From the NCBI GenBank assembly GCA_964016885.1, contig OZ024749.1, positions 50,158,001 to 50,222,000 of the forward strand: a DNA stretch of 64,000 nucleotides, read 5' to 3'. The DNA comes from Eledone cirrhosa. Its lineage: Eukaryota. The notes under the pieces were generated by a model that was not told where the DNA came from, searched no databases, and saw only the letters and a program-made list of their open reading frames with translations. Both the position numbers and the translations under genes were made by a program. This document shows, piece by piece, positions 1 to 14,474 of this stretch; position 1 is the first letter of the stretch, and each line of letters starts with the position of its first letter.

Positions 1-498
1 GCATAAGAATCTTAAAGACAAACCATGAGATTGTGACTATAAAACGAATGTCAATCAGTGAAGGAATTATATTTAGTAGTTTCTGCTATGAAGTACCAAG
101 TCAATCAAATTTAAGAAAACATAAGCACGAAAAGCCAAAGGAATTTGTCTGATCCATAAAAAAAGAAAGTTATTTCGAGATTACTATCTTGAGATGAATT
201 TCTTTCCTTTGCAGTTTACATATTGACAATAAAATTGATTCTTAAAAAAAGTAAGTACTCTTACTTTTAAGCTATATATATAAATATAGCTGTGTGTACG
301 TGCGCTAATATATATTATATATATATGTGTGTGTGTGGATGTGTGTGTGTATATATACAGAGAGAGAGAGGGTGTAGGGAGAGCGAGAGAGAGCGAAAGA
401 GAGAGAGAATGAAATATATATATATATAGTAACTTCGTGTGTGTGTACGCGCGCGTATGTATGTGCGTATACATGCAAATATATATATATATATTGAT

Positions 499-537
<39 letters not shown>

Positions 538-545
538 GACACACT

Positions 546-666
<121 letters not shown>

Positions 667-1000
667 TTGATAAAGTTTTGTTGTTGCTGCCATTACTGTC
701 GTTCAAGTGACTGCTACTGTTATTTTACTTGCCATTGCTGAAGTAGGACTTAATTGGTATGAAGTTTTATAGAAGTAAGTCAAATAATATAAAAGCGGAA
801 AACATACGGGTAAAGGAAACAAATCGTGAAATATAAAAGCAACGTAAATCTTATTAAAGAAAGAAGAAACAGCAATAATAAGTGATGTTTGTTAGATACT
901 GTACATCTGTGAATAGAGAATTCGGAGTTCATGTTGTTTAACACGAAGGAAGGACGCCAACTATGCAGATTGATATTATTGTTATTATTATTATTATAGT

Positions 1001-1150
1001 TGGATTGGCAGTATCGGTAGGGGCTTGAACGCCATGCTTTACAGCAAAGAGTTAAGGCCCTTTATGATCTGAGTTCAAATCCCACCGACGTTAGCTTTGC
1101 TGACACGCACTGGGGTCGATTTAATCGACTTTCCCCTCTCCCCAAATTTG
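1001..1150 (+). mobile_element. tRNA-derived SINE family 1, long variant, internally deleted
   Basis: A-box-like TGGCAGTATCGG and B-box GAGTTCAAATCCC. The central gcctttcatcc...aagtacc block is missing, and the copy resumes at cactggggtcgatttaatcgac. Confidence 0.85.
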
Positions 1151-1159
1151 TATTATAGT

Positions 1160-1372
1160 GTACCTGAGTTGCCCCTGAATTGGCATTCCACCCCTATTGG
1201 GAAATTTATTTTCTTATATTTTTAATATTTTTATATATGTTCATTGTTAATTTTAGTTGTTATGTATTTTTATTCGATTTTATAGTGAACTTCCACTCTC
1301 CTTGTCTTTCTGTGTTCCCATACATGTGGGCCCTAGTGGCTAACAAAAAATCATTATTATTATTATTAATAT
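1160..1372 (+). mobile_element. probable 3' end of a non-LTR retrotransposon with (ATT)n tail
   Basis: A T-rich UTR-like stretch ends in gtgggccctagtggctaacaaaaaatc followed by an (att)n tail, directly abutting the truncated SINE. Confidence 0.35.
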
Positions 1373-1863
1373 AACGATAAAAGTTATAATATAACAAAAG
1401 CTACAACAATATTCATACGACAACGGGAGATATTTGAAGCGTTCAGTAATTTCTATTGCAAAGAGGAGTGAAATATCTTTAACCTTGCTGCAATTTTAGC
1501 GAGTAATAAGAGGACAGTGTGATCGCCTTGATTTCAGCCTGGAATATGTATAATCTACATACACCATTTACACTCACCGGTGATAAACATGGGAGCGGAT
1601 AATTAGATTGATCACTCTATTACTGATGAAGCCGAACAACTGCCAATATTTAGACTTTAGTTTTGGTGGTTGGAGAAACGGGTTCTTAACATTCGATTAC
1701 ATCGACACCAGTAGATGACTAGGCAAAGAAAAACATCATTTTGGCTTGAATGAATAAAGCAAAGCGCCGAAAATTATACGTCGAAGCATTTACTGCGAAC
1801 GAGGATTATTCTATTCTAACTCACGAATAACTTATTTTTATTGCATACTAAATCTGTTGCTTC

Positions 1864-1880
1864 ACTACTACTACTACTAC

Positions 1881-1917
<37 letters not shown>

Positions 1918-1939
1918 GCAACTATTACTACTACTACTA

Positions 1940-1980
<41 letters not shown>

Positions 1981-2055
1981 GATATTACTACTACTACTAC
2001 TGCTACTGCTACTACTACTACTACCACTACTACCACTACCACCACCACCACCACC

Positions 2056-2116
<61 letters not shown>
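1864..2116. repeat. compound trinucleotide microsatellite (ACT)n-(AAT)n-(ACT)n-(ACC)n-(ACT)n
   Basis: Directly visible; it is the source of the poly-S, poly-L and poly-V ORFs. Confidence 0.97.
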
Positions 2117-2118
<2 letters not shown>

Positions 2119-2444
2119 GTATACGGGTAAATCAACTGTTTCAATGCAGTATATTAAAGTGATGTTGATAACCACAGAGGAATTTTGAAGAGAAAAAGTT
2201 GATATCTGAAATCAGAACGATTTCTCACATGCAACAAATTACCATACAACCGGCTGTAGTTTTGTCTGACTTGCTTTACTTTTACTATATTTTATTAGTT
2301 TGGGAGTTTGAAGAGAAAAAAGTAAAGTCGTGGGATTTCAAATCCTAACATAATAAGCCTTAAGTAAGACCAGAGTTTTGTTCGAAACTCTACTGATTCT
2401 CATAACACACTAATGTAATCAAGTAATATTATTAATGGTTCAAG

Positions 2445-2630
2445 TCCGTGGATTGGCAGTATCGGTAGAGGGTCGGACGCCATGCATTCCAGCATAGTTA
2501 CGTCCCTTTACGTTCTAAGTTCAAATCCCGCCGAGGTTGATTTTGTCTTTCATCCTTACGGGGTCGATAAAATAAAGTACCAGTAATGCACTGGATAATT
2601 GCTGGCCTTGTGCCTAAAGAAGAAACAATT
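2445..2630 (+). mobile_element. SINE family 1, short variant, full length
   Basis: A/B boxes, central tttcatccttacggggtcgataaaataaagtaccag and 3' gctggccttgtgcctaaagaagaaacaatt. Flanked by the direct repeat attattaatggtt(c/t)aag. Confidence 0.92.
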
Positions 2631-2644
2631 ATTAATGGTTTAAG

Positions 2645-2840
2645 GGTGGTGGATTGGCAGTATCGGTAGAGTTTCCAACACCATGCTTTGCAGCATAGAG
2701 TTACGCCACTTTACAGTCAGATTTCAAATCCCTCAGAGATTTACTTGACCTTTCATCATGACGGGGTCAATAAAATAAAGCACCAGTAACGTATTGGTGT
2801 CGATGGATCGACATTCTCCTCCACCCAAATTACTGGCCTC
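2645..2840 (+). mobile_element. SINE family 1, long variant, 3'-truncated
   Basis: Same head and central domain, with the gtcgatggatcgac...cccaaatt segment. Confidence 0.9.
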
Positions 2841-3315
2841 TGTAAGTCATTAATCGTTTCTCTCATAAAGACAATTCAGTAGTGAGAGAAGAACAAGCAG
2901 TTATGATATATATGTAAATGATTACAGTAAATTTGTAGAAGATAGTTGCATTGACCCAAGAAGGAAGCAAAATAACGATGACCTCGTCGAAATAAGAACT
3001 CAAAAGGTAAAGTGTAGAAAAAATACAGCAAGACATTTTGTCAAGATTTCTGATCGTTCTGTTAATCCACCTCCCTAATCAATAATAATAATTGTCTTTA
3101 ACGAATGTTAATTTTCCAAGGCGAAAAATAAATACATTAAAGAGACTTAAGTGCGAACACTTCAGAATAAATCAATACATTTTAATTAGTCAGAGTGATT
3201 ATGGGAAAAACGCTAGCCAATTACGTATTAGTAGAGTACTTCCAAGTAGATGTGTTGGTATATAAAGCCAAATATAAACCACACAAGCACACACATCCAC
3301 TTACACACACATGTA

Positions 3316-3394
<79 letters not shown>

Positions 3395-4674
3395 ATATAT
3401 ATATAATCTCTAAATGATGGTTAAATAAAACATAGGGTGTTTTAAATATTTATTTTTAAATGCGTGTTTGTGTATTATATTTATACATTAAAACGGTCGA
3501 GTGTTTAATGTATGTTTGCGGTTTCGATACAGCGTAAGCCCTCGATTAAGATTGATGTTCTATTAACAAAATTGACCGAGAAAATGAAATGATCGCAATC
3601 CGCATGATGGAGTTAAAGTTTGTGGAATATGAAACCGCTAGTCTTCCTATAACTGATGTTACCTTTATATGCCAGCGGTAAATCATATCGTGTGTCATCA
3701 ATATTGCACCTCAGGGAAATGTCTATATAAACTTCATACAAATAACTAACACAATACGTTCATTGAATTTCCCAAAAAGTACTAACGTCTAAAAGATTCA
3801 AGACACTTTCGAAAAAAAATGTAAATGGTAAGGGAAACAATATTTAGAAGGACAATCTATTTTAATGAAAGATGATGTTTGACGTATCTCAAGAGCAACT
3901 ACTTCTCTTGTAGTATAGACGAAAAAATCTTCTTTAGCTAAGTAGGACATAGATTGAATTACTGGAGTCTTTCACACAAATCTACTTAGAAATATAGAGC
4001 AACGAGGTAAAACATTGAAAACTTCAGTTTTCTACACCAACGTACTTTTCATATGATACGTGATTTTGGTTTATTTCAATTAGGCTCAATGCCAAATGTT
4101 TTATAGTAACTCACCTCAATAATACAGCAAAGTTAAATAGAATGATGGAGGAAATAACTAATATCAGGACGTCAACCTCTAAAGAATCCCTACTTATATT
4201 AACTCATTATAATCTATTAGACATAATATATATATGTTTACGAGTAAATAATAACTTATATACAATATCGTCATATATATATTACATAGATATATAAATA
4301 AATCTCAGTTTAATGTCAGATAACTAAAAATATGAAAGTAATGTTTTCATGGTATTGAATTAAATATTTCAAAGTTAATTGACCTCAGCATTATCATTTA
4401 AGTGTAACTGTAGAAGAATATTCCCAAACAACCCCATGTTTGATTGCCCATGATAGGAATACAATTTTACTAATTTTGTTACAGTATTCTAATAGTTTTT
4501 TCAATGGATTACCACTCAGAGAAGGAAATATAGTTAATCTCTCCACTGGTAAGCATGAGGAAGATCTATGACTTCATACTTTATTAAATATAAGGGAGAT
4601 TGTAACAAACTGTTTTCTTTACTGGGCGTGAAAGATACACACAATTTCTCTGAGTCTCTCTCTCTCTCTCGCTC

Positions 4675-4728
<54 letters not shown>

Positions 4729-4803
4729 GCTCTCTCTCTCTCTCTGACTCTTCCTTCCTCCCCCTCTCTATCACTATATATATATATATATATTAGATTA
4801 CCG

Positions 4804-4835
<32 letters not shown>

Positions 4836-5002
4836 GTGTGTGTGGGTGCGTGTGTACATATATATAAGAGCGTCCGAGATTCAATCTGGGGAAACCACAA
4901 TAAGTAAGGTACATAATGCATAGTAGAGTATAAATATTTAATATAGAAATGGCTTCTACGTTCGGAAAGTTCTAGTCTTATAGAAACCATTTCTCTCTCT
5001 CA

Positions 5003-5118
<116 letters not shown>

Positions 5119-5143
5119 TTCTCTCTCTCTCTCTCGCTCTCTC

Positions 5144-5193
<50 letters not shown>

Positions 5194-5235
5194 ATATATG
5201 CATTGCTTTATTGTACTACAATACAACTAACCTCC

Positions 5236-5236
<1 letters not shown>

Positions 5237-5273
<37 letters not shown>

Positions 5274-5281
5274 AAACATAT

Positions 5282-5344
<63 letters not shown>

Positions 5345-5348
5345 AAAC

Positions 5349-5389
<41 letters not shown>

Positions 5390-5426
5390 TTATATATATA
5401 TATATATATATATGTATGAAACATAT

Positions 5427-5482
<56 letters not shown>
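5237..5482. repeat. higher-order repeat: gtatgaaacatatatacata spacer x3 embedded in (TA)n
   Basis: The spacer recurs at about 5269, 5340 and 5414. Confidence 0.9.
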
Positions 5483-5484
<2 letters not shown>

Positions 5485-5711
5485 GAGGTCTGATGGGAGT
5501 TAAGATGTTTCCATAGGCGGTATGCCGGTTGAGACACTATGCTCTTACAGAGCAGACTATGATATAATATAAAACGAAAAATCCGTCGAATCTGCGGGTC
5601 CAAAATCAGACATATCCACAAAATGATCGCGTCTCGAGCTGTCCGCCGGCGAAACAATTGTAACACACAATAAATTGAGTTCAGATGCATCACAGATTTT
5701 TCGTTTTATAT

Positions 5712-5795
<84 letters not shown>

Positions 5796-6494
5796 GAAGA
5801 CACATACGTGTGTGTTTTTGTATCGTTCTATTTACATCTACGCAATGATATTATATATATTTAAATATGACGCATATAAGTGTTTCTGACAATATTTGTA
5901 ATGCATTCTGGAACATGATTAAAGTATTTAGATGTTACACATATACTGGACAGAGCATATGGAAGCCAGATTGAATTTATGTGAACCTATTTCGCCATTC
6001 TGTCGACCAATATTACATACAATGTCTTGAACTCCTCTCCAATGACTCATACTTTGATCTCCACACGTTCACTTTGTAGAACATCTCTATATCCCGGTTC
6101 CCTGCATCCCGCACCCATTTCACCACCGAAACGAACAATATATTCCATTACAATATGGACTGAGTGATGTAATTTTCCGTCATTTCTATGGTTTCTCACA
6201 TTAAATGAATCCATTATTCCTAGCTTTATTATATAATCTAACTTCTATGCATTATATAATACTATTTAAAGTATTTTAGATTGAACACGTTAATTAAATT
6301 ATCGATCGCTGATCTGTTTGGAGTTAATTATTTCTAATATGATATGCGATAGATATATAAGGTTTGTTTTTAGTAATTGCCGTTTCATAAATGGTGATGT
6401 ATTGGGAATATTAGTCGAGCTTTGGTAAATATCCTTTGTTGGATATAGTGACGTTAATTAAAGATTGAGAACATCCCAGACCTCATTTGCATGC

Positions 6495-6682
6495 GTGTGG
6501 ACCGAGGAAACAATGTCTCCATTCGTCTTTCAAATTGCTAATACTAATTACAGGTCGGAAATCCTGACAGAAGGAGCAACGTGAAACAAACATCTCTTGT
6601 ACGAGGTCATAACGCATCTTCCATTCTGCGAACAATTGCGCATCGACTTCTCTAACCACTCCGCCACTCGCATTCAATATCC
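6495..6682 (-). mobile_element. older tRNA-derived SINE (family 2)
   Basis: The minus-strand head gcgagtggcggagtggttagag is A-box-like. About 90 bp (ggaccgaggaaacaat...gaaggagcaacgtgaaa) is shared with 52135-52228. Confidence 0.65.
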
Positions 6683-7524
6683 GCAATATTTAGAACATTA
6701 AATATATATATTTTAATATAAAGAGTGTATAAAGAAATAACCTGTAACAGACGTTTATCCATTCAATATGTATTTGGAGACTTATGCTGCCATAATCCAA
6801 TACATTTTATAGAAAGATAATTGCGAATTAATTAAGATTTACTACATTATTTACAGGGACCAGGAGGGAGTCAAATGGGCGCAATGTTGGCGCATGGTAA
6901 TAATAAATATTATATGTGTTCTACTTAAACTTCTTGAATATTGTTTACGGTTCTCATAATATTAATATTAATTTCCACTCTTTTAGAATTGTCTGTGATA
7001 CAGGAAATACTAATTTATGATGTAATGTTCGTGTACAACATCCAATAGACAGATAGGAGGGTGAAATAGAATTTTCTATGTAGATGAGACAATATCGAGT
7101 TAGAAGGATATATAGGATATATACATAGCTGGTGTTCTAATGTTAAACAAATGTAAGGTAACGTTCACCAATACTCGTTAATTTACTCACAATGATTATA
7201 ACTTTATATTTTCCTCCTCACTCCTCGGTGTAAATATAAAGATGTCATCAATAAAATGTTAAGGGAATTCAGTGTTGTCCCAAAATTTGTTCAAGCGTGA
7301 TAGGTATTTTGCACTACATAGTATACACACATTTTACTTCCATTATGAACAAATATAGATATCAGTGTATGTCAATACTTTTGTTTCATTGTATAATATA
7401 TACAAAGACACATACGCCCACACACATAACCACAGAGACAAATCTCTCTCACTCTCTCTCTCTGTATTTATGTATATATGTATATTTATATATACACACA
7501 TTTCTTTATGTCTATCTACCTATA

Positions 7525-7790
<266 letters not shown>

Positions 7791-8182
7791 TTTAGTATCA
7801 CTATATACATAAGTATTAGAAAATATTTCATGATATTAATATTTGGAATATTTGTTGAGTCCCTTTTGTAATTATCAAATAGAAATAAACGTTTGTTTAC
7901 GTTTTTTATGACGTGTCATTTGTGTTTTCAAACTAATAAAAATCATCACTGTTACTATATATTTCGAGTTAGCTTCCTTTGTGTTATTATTTATCTGGCA
8001 AATATTACGATCACATGAAACATCATTTATTTCACAATTTAGTTCAAAGCCGAAATTCTTATCGTATAATATACCTGATTACTATTTATATACAGATCTG
8101 ACTATTAGTAAAACCTATTTACTTTTTAAAATCATAAATTGTGATGCGTTACAAGCACGTACCCATATATATATATATATCT

Positions 8183-8295
8183 AAAGTCTGTCTTAAGTGT
8201 GTCTACTCATTTGGCTGGTGCTTATCTCGGTTCCATGGCGTGAAGCGATTGTAAGTACAAGACAGCCCGCTGGACAGGACGCCAGTCCATCGCAC
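8183..8295 (-). mobile_element. SINE 3'-tail fragment (family 2-like)
   Basis: ggtgcttatctcggttcc...gaagcgattg..agta resembles ggtgctcatcctggttt...taagcgatgagagta at about 23497. Confidence 0.45.
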
Positions 8296-8316
8296 TTATA
8301 AAGCAAATTATACACG

Positions 8317-9397
8317 TCAGAAATGACTGGATTTCCTGGATTTGCAGTTATAGTGCAGGTCGCATTCCCGCACTAGCACCCAAATATATTCCCCCATCAA
8401 TTTTTCATTGTAGTGGCCCTGGTACCTCCGCTCTATCTCTTTCACATCTTGGTGGAAGCGTTCGCCTTGTTCTTCTGAGTATATTGTCCTTAAATATTTC
8501 CAGGTGAGCGTCCAGCAGAAGGAGTTTAAGCGACATCCTGCCTCCCATGGCGACAAAAGCCTTTATCAGATCCTGCACCAGTTGCAGGTAGTTTTCAGCT
8601 CTATAGTTTCCCAGGGAGCCCTTAACATCTGCCTTGAAACATATCCATGCTGTTCTCTCAATCCTATTGAGCTTATTGGAGAACTCGGTAGACTCAAAAA
8701 CCTTCTTTATCTGAGGTCCAACAAAAATTCCGCCTTTGATTTTGGCCTCAGATAACTTGGGGAAGAACTCAAGAAGGTACTTAAAAGCGGCTGATTCTTG
8801 GTTGAGAGCCTTCACAAACTGCTTCATCAACTAAGTGTGCATTGACGGCATGAGCACAATCCTGGGATCAACCAGTGGATCCCACATGACGTTCCGGTCC
8901 CAACTACAAATTCTGTTCGCTGCTCCCAGTTCTTTCTTTTGTAGTGGTCATAGGTGGCTCTGCTGTCCCAAAGGCAGGGGAAGCATTTGAATTTGATAAA
9001 GTCTCCTTGGAGTCCTAGCAGGAAAGCCACCATCTTGAAGTCCCCAATGATTTCCCAATTGTACTGGTTGTATTGCAGAGCTTCCAATAGGACTTTCACA
9101 CTGTAGTAATCTTCCTTCAGGCAGACTGAATGAGCTAGGGGCAGTGTCGGGAACTTGTTTCCATTCGGAAGGAGGACAGCCTTCAAACTTGTGGTGGAGC
9201 TGTCTATGAATAGCCGCCACTCCGCTGGCACAATCGGCACCCCAATAATGTCAACTAGTCCAGGCACGTCTTGGCAGAACTAGAGGCCATCCCTAGGAGT
9301 CTAAGAGCCTGAGAAAGGTTCGTGCCGACTTCTCTAACTTGTCACCTTCACTTTCTCCTTGACCAAGTTCTACTGCTTCATCCTGGAGACGAATGCT
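8317..9397 (-). mobile_element. decayed DDE transposase, CMC/Chapaev(-3)-like DNA transposon
   Basis: Motifs across three frames: SRMKQ*NLV...DGL*FCQDV; EWRLFIDSSTTSLKAVLL (D1); IIGDFKMVAFLLGLQG..KFKCFPCLWDSR (D2); MKQFVKAL...LSEAKIKGGIFVGPQI; MSLK...AHL; SEEQGERFHQD..ERRYQG (E). Two frameshifts and several stops. Family name is from recalled motif similarity. Confidence 0.8.
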
Positions 9398-9995
9398 TAA
9401 AACACAACTTACCCTTTATTTAGGGTGCGAAAATCCAGTATCAATAAATATCTTTAATCCACTTTTTAACAATTTTATACTTTATTGCACTTTTATAATT
9501 TTCTTTAGGTATTACTCTTTATTTTATAATTTGAATTTAATCTGAAACATATACAAACAAATCATTTAACATAAGCAAATTAAACTTACATACAACGAAA
9601 CATACAGCATACAAATAATTCTAGTGAATAGCTTAGAATGTTTACAAACCCAAACTTTTATCTGTTTAATAGCACTTCTTTTATTTATTTGGGACCTAAG
9701 CAACACAAAAAAAGTGATTACAAGCCAGGAACAGAGAACTATTTTTGTTTTCTTACAGAGGGTTATCATACACCTGTTTTTCCTACATTCACTCTCATAT
9801 ACCATCATGTGCACTTTTTTACTGTTTGCTGTTGTTCACTGAGAAATACATTAAAATAGTGAGAGAGAGTGTCTGTGTGTCTGCGATATAGATATGTATA
9901 ATTGTCATCTGGAAAGCCACCTGTGCACGAGATACAGAACAAATTATTATATTGCACTCTCCAGGCCCTGAGAAGTCACATATATATACATATCC

Positions 9996-10116
<121 letters not shown>

Positions 10117-11579
10117 CATATATATGTTTGTATGTATGTATGTATGTATGTATGTATGTATATATGTATTTTACATAACCTCACGTTTTGGTGAAATATT
10201 CTCCTGCGAGTTGTCAACAATTCAGAAGGTGATTCTAATGTGAACATTCGGTCAGCATTAAGGTATACAACACAATTTCCAAAATGAAAGTTTGTCAGCC
10301 AACTTTCTAATTACTATTGAATGCAAATATATGGAAATATATATACTTCTAGGTTAACTTATCAATTGTTATTTGATTTCACAGCTTTCGTACTATACAT
10401 TCAATGCAGAAAGTGTCGATAAAGGAGGAAGCAGTTATGAAACTATGACGAGAGAAGTATTATTAAATATTTAGACAAACACCTATAAGAGCATTTAAAA
10501 TATAGAATTAAACGATTATATTTTATGCATTGAATAACAGAAGTTCAAAGTGTTATATTTTAAACTCTATATTTGTGTTTCAATTCGAGTTTTATAATCA
10601 TTTCAAAATAATATTTGATCGTCATATATTGGTATGACGTCAGTATTTGTATTTAAATATGCACTCACTATATATCTGATATTAATTTAAATAATGAAAT
10701 TGACAAACACAAAGATTCGTGCATACAGTTTGCATTTTATTTACAGTAGATTTCTTTCAATTTAAATAAGATACGCTTATGCTGTCTTAATACACACTCT
10801 TCCCAAATGTCAATAACGTAACGTGATATTTATTAGTAAAAGGTAATCTACAACTAAACTATTCCTGTTTGATTTGGTCTATATGTATTCGAATGTTTAC
10901 AGCCATAAGAGAAGTACATTATGCATAGGCTTTTTCTTCTTCTTAGAATCCATAATACACAATTATAAGTTTACAAAGTCGACAAAAGAAATTCGGTTGG
11001 CAAACCTGTTATATGTGCGGCACATGTACAAATTACTTACAGCGTTACCGTTAACATCAGCAAGACGCATAGTCACTCGGCTATATAGGCCTCGTACTGA
11101 TAGCCCGATACACTAGTCCCAATCGGTAGATATCTAAAGGTATATTCTATGAGCGATGAGAGCAGAAGGATCAGTTATGGCCAAGAGAAATCTGGTGGTT
11201 TAACTTTTCATCATCATTAGTCAGTAGCATATGGAGCTGACACAAAAAAACTGGGCATCATAAGGTTGTGCACTTTATCAGTAATTACAAAGTATGTTGT
11301 CGAGAACAAATCCAAATTCAGGTTCTAGGAAATAATTATACAAATCTACATCTGGCCTCACAATTATCATATATATAAAACATGGTAGGTAGACAGGCAG
11401 AGGGAGAGACATAGAGCAGGTGTTTGTGTGTATATGTATTATCTCTGTTTATAGATACATCACAGCTTTCTTGTGAGTGAAAAATATGTCCATATATATA
11501 TTTACACCATTATCATCCTGTGTTTTTCCTCCTTTACGCTCTAGTAAGACTACTAGGTAAGAACACAATGAATATATTA

Positions 11580-11644
<65 letters not shown>

Positions 11645-11682
11645 GTGCGTGTGTGTGTGTGTTTATGCATGTATATATATGC

Positions 11683-11748
<66 letters not shown>

Positions 11749-12958
11749 AGAGAGTGAGTGAGACAGAGAGATGTATGTTTGTTTCTGTTCGTGTCTGAGT
11801 ATGTGGTGTTGGTGCGTACGTGACTGTGTGTGTAGGTCTGTGTGTGTGTCTATGTGTGCGTGTGTGTGTCATTATGTACGTGTCTATATATGTGTGGGGT
11901 GATACACTATATAATATATAAATAGTAAATTGCTTAGGCAGTATTTTTTCTTTGAGAAAAATATCAAAAGAAAAATTACTTCACAAGAGAATGCTGATAT
12001 TTTTTCCAACATATCTATTTTAGGTATGTCTTTCTAATTCCTCGAAAATAAAAGCAACAAAAAGAAACGCAAAAGACCTATCTCTATATATCTTCGTAAA
12101 TGTTATGAATCATCCAACCGAACACACACGGAGTAGGTAATACTTCAAACAGTGGTATGAGTTAGGAAATGTTTGGAGTGTAATTCTTTCTGAGAACAAT
12201 GTGTGGAAATAATTCAACGCTTCTAAAATCGATATGTGTGTGTCTCTAATGTATACACTTCATACTTGAAACTTTCAGACATCTGGTCCACGAAAAGGTC
12301 GGTAATATTTCACTACTTAAACCAACATGTTATTTCATTCATGCATTAGTTATTGTTGTTGTTCATGAATGTTTACGTCGTCTCAATATAGTTCACCCGA
12401 GGTCCATGCTTAACAATTATACATACATACTGTCTCGAATCTATTTTCTTTTTTAATAGTATAACGTTATGTGTATTCGACTCTCTTTTGGTGATTTCTG
12501 AATTTAAAGCTATGGCTGTTACATTTAACACAACGCCAAGAGACTGGGTACAGTGTTATATTGTGCTACTATTGTAAAGGAGGGCTGGAGACACCCGGTA
12601 GAATAATCAACGAGACAAAAATAATATAATAGTTTCGTTGATCGTAAATATATTACATTTGAAATTCTACCAGAAAGTTCTGAAAATTGCTTCCATGCAT
12701 ATTTCACAGTTTTGCACTATATTCCTATGTTTCTTTAATCAAGCAGAAATAACATGAAAATGTTTTTTAAATTTGGAAACAAAATTCACGAAGCTATTCC
12801 GAATTTGGAAGAGGTCTGACAGGAAATATTCAGTGATGAAAGAAAAATGAAATGCCTGTCGGCATTTGGCAGAACGTATTGATTCTGCATGACATATGCT
12901 TAGCAGAATACGCATATTTAACTTTACACATATATATAAATATATGTGTGTGTGTGTA

Positions 12959-13181
<223 letters not shown>

Positions 13182-13354
13182 GGGGTTTTTTTCTGGGGAA
13201 GAAGACTATTTGCATATTTGTGCATTACAAATAAAGTGACGTAATACATCATACAAAGAAAGGAAACTGATATATATATATAATACATATGAGAAATAAC
13301 TTTTATACATATAACATTCTTCAGGTGTGGGTAAGTGTATGCGTATGTGTGTAC

Positions 13355-13388
<34 letters not shown>

Positions 13389-14441
13389 CATATATGCGTA
13401 TGTGTGTATGCGGTGCGTGTGTGTGTATTGGATGTTTGTAACACTGGATTTGATATTCTATTAGGTGTATGCATAGACATAGGATATACGCAGTATTTCC
13501 CCAAGTATAGCGCCCATTCTATAATGCAGCAGAGGGGATTTTATATTTCCTTCTTACCTATGTGCCAGTTGGCTAATTTAGCGAATGATAATATTGAACA
13601 TTTCGATTCTCAGATTTTCACAGCTCGAAGTGTTTAAAAATAAACCAAGGGTGCACATACTCACACATTATTGAATTGAGTAGATGTTATATTAATATAA
13701 TATGCTGGACACATTGAGGTTATGGCGTTATATCTATCTATCAGTTTATTATAACGTTGTGTTGAGAAATTAGTTTAATTTAATGCTGCAGTTTTGTAAT
13801 ATTAACTGACGCGATATTAAACAGATTAAGATGATTTACAGGTTGACAGCTTCATTCAGACAAACGGATATAGTTCGTATTGGATATGGAACATTTAATG
13901 TTAGTCCTTTGCCAATAGGAAATCATAAATCTAGTTTAAATTCTAAACAAGAAATGTAGTAAAGTGAATGAATTTCCATCATTCTCATTCCGAAGTTATA
14001 TGAAAATTCGCTTGCAAATTGTGTCATAAACATCACAGAAAGGTAATGTCAATCCTTACCTCACGTATTATCATATGTATCCTTTCATTTTAGATTTGAT
14101 TTATATCTAATCACTTCGTAAGTAATTTGGATAAGAAGACGGGTCACAAATTGGGTTCGGAAAGTTCTGAAGATATATTGAAATATTACTTATTGGTGAT
14201 GCTGAACAATTGAAAATGAAATATTGGAGAAGGCCTATATTCGGTATTGGACCTTCAAGTAAAACTCGTTTAAATTTACTTCTTGTGAGAGAAGTTTATA
14301 AAAGACTCACAATGGATTATGCAACCGTACTTAGCAATATTAATAAGAGAGAGTAACCAAGCAGCTTACGTAACAGTGCAAAGAGAATAACTCATTCTGA
14401 AATCAATATATATCAATCTAATATATATATGAACAGATTCA

Positions 14442-14474
14442 GGACCCCGACGGCTAAGCTCCGGCCGTTTCGAC
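14442..14474 (-). ncRNA. half hammerhead (GAAA-stem III-GUC-stem I), paralog of 15758-15851
   Basis: Reverse complement: gtc GAAA cggc cggagctta gccg TC ggggtcc. Confidence 0.5.

Noticed and set aside
1816-2188. Poly-Ser/Gly, poly-Leu and poly-Val ORFs
   Set aside because: Trinucleotide repeat artefact with no flanking coding signal.
2445-2535. SINE heads as genuine tRNA genes
   Set aside because: A/B boxes are present, but there is an insertion, no clean cloverleaf, and all are fused to SINE bodies.
4951-4988. Possible minus-strand hammerhead (ggtttct/agaagcc stem)
   Set aside because: Both core segments are too degenerate to call. Isolated CTGANGA words at 1623, 14167, 17533, 29561, 38729 and 53091 also lack a proper GAAA/stem III/stem I context.
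6483-6686. 67-aa ORF whose frame appears conserved in the 52.1-kb copy (SRCSF...CFLGP)
   Set aside because: The shared DNA is a SINE body with a tRNA-like head; the peptide similarity just follows DNA similarity.
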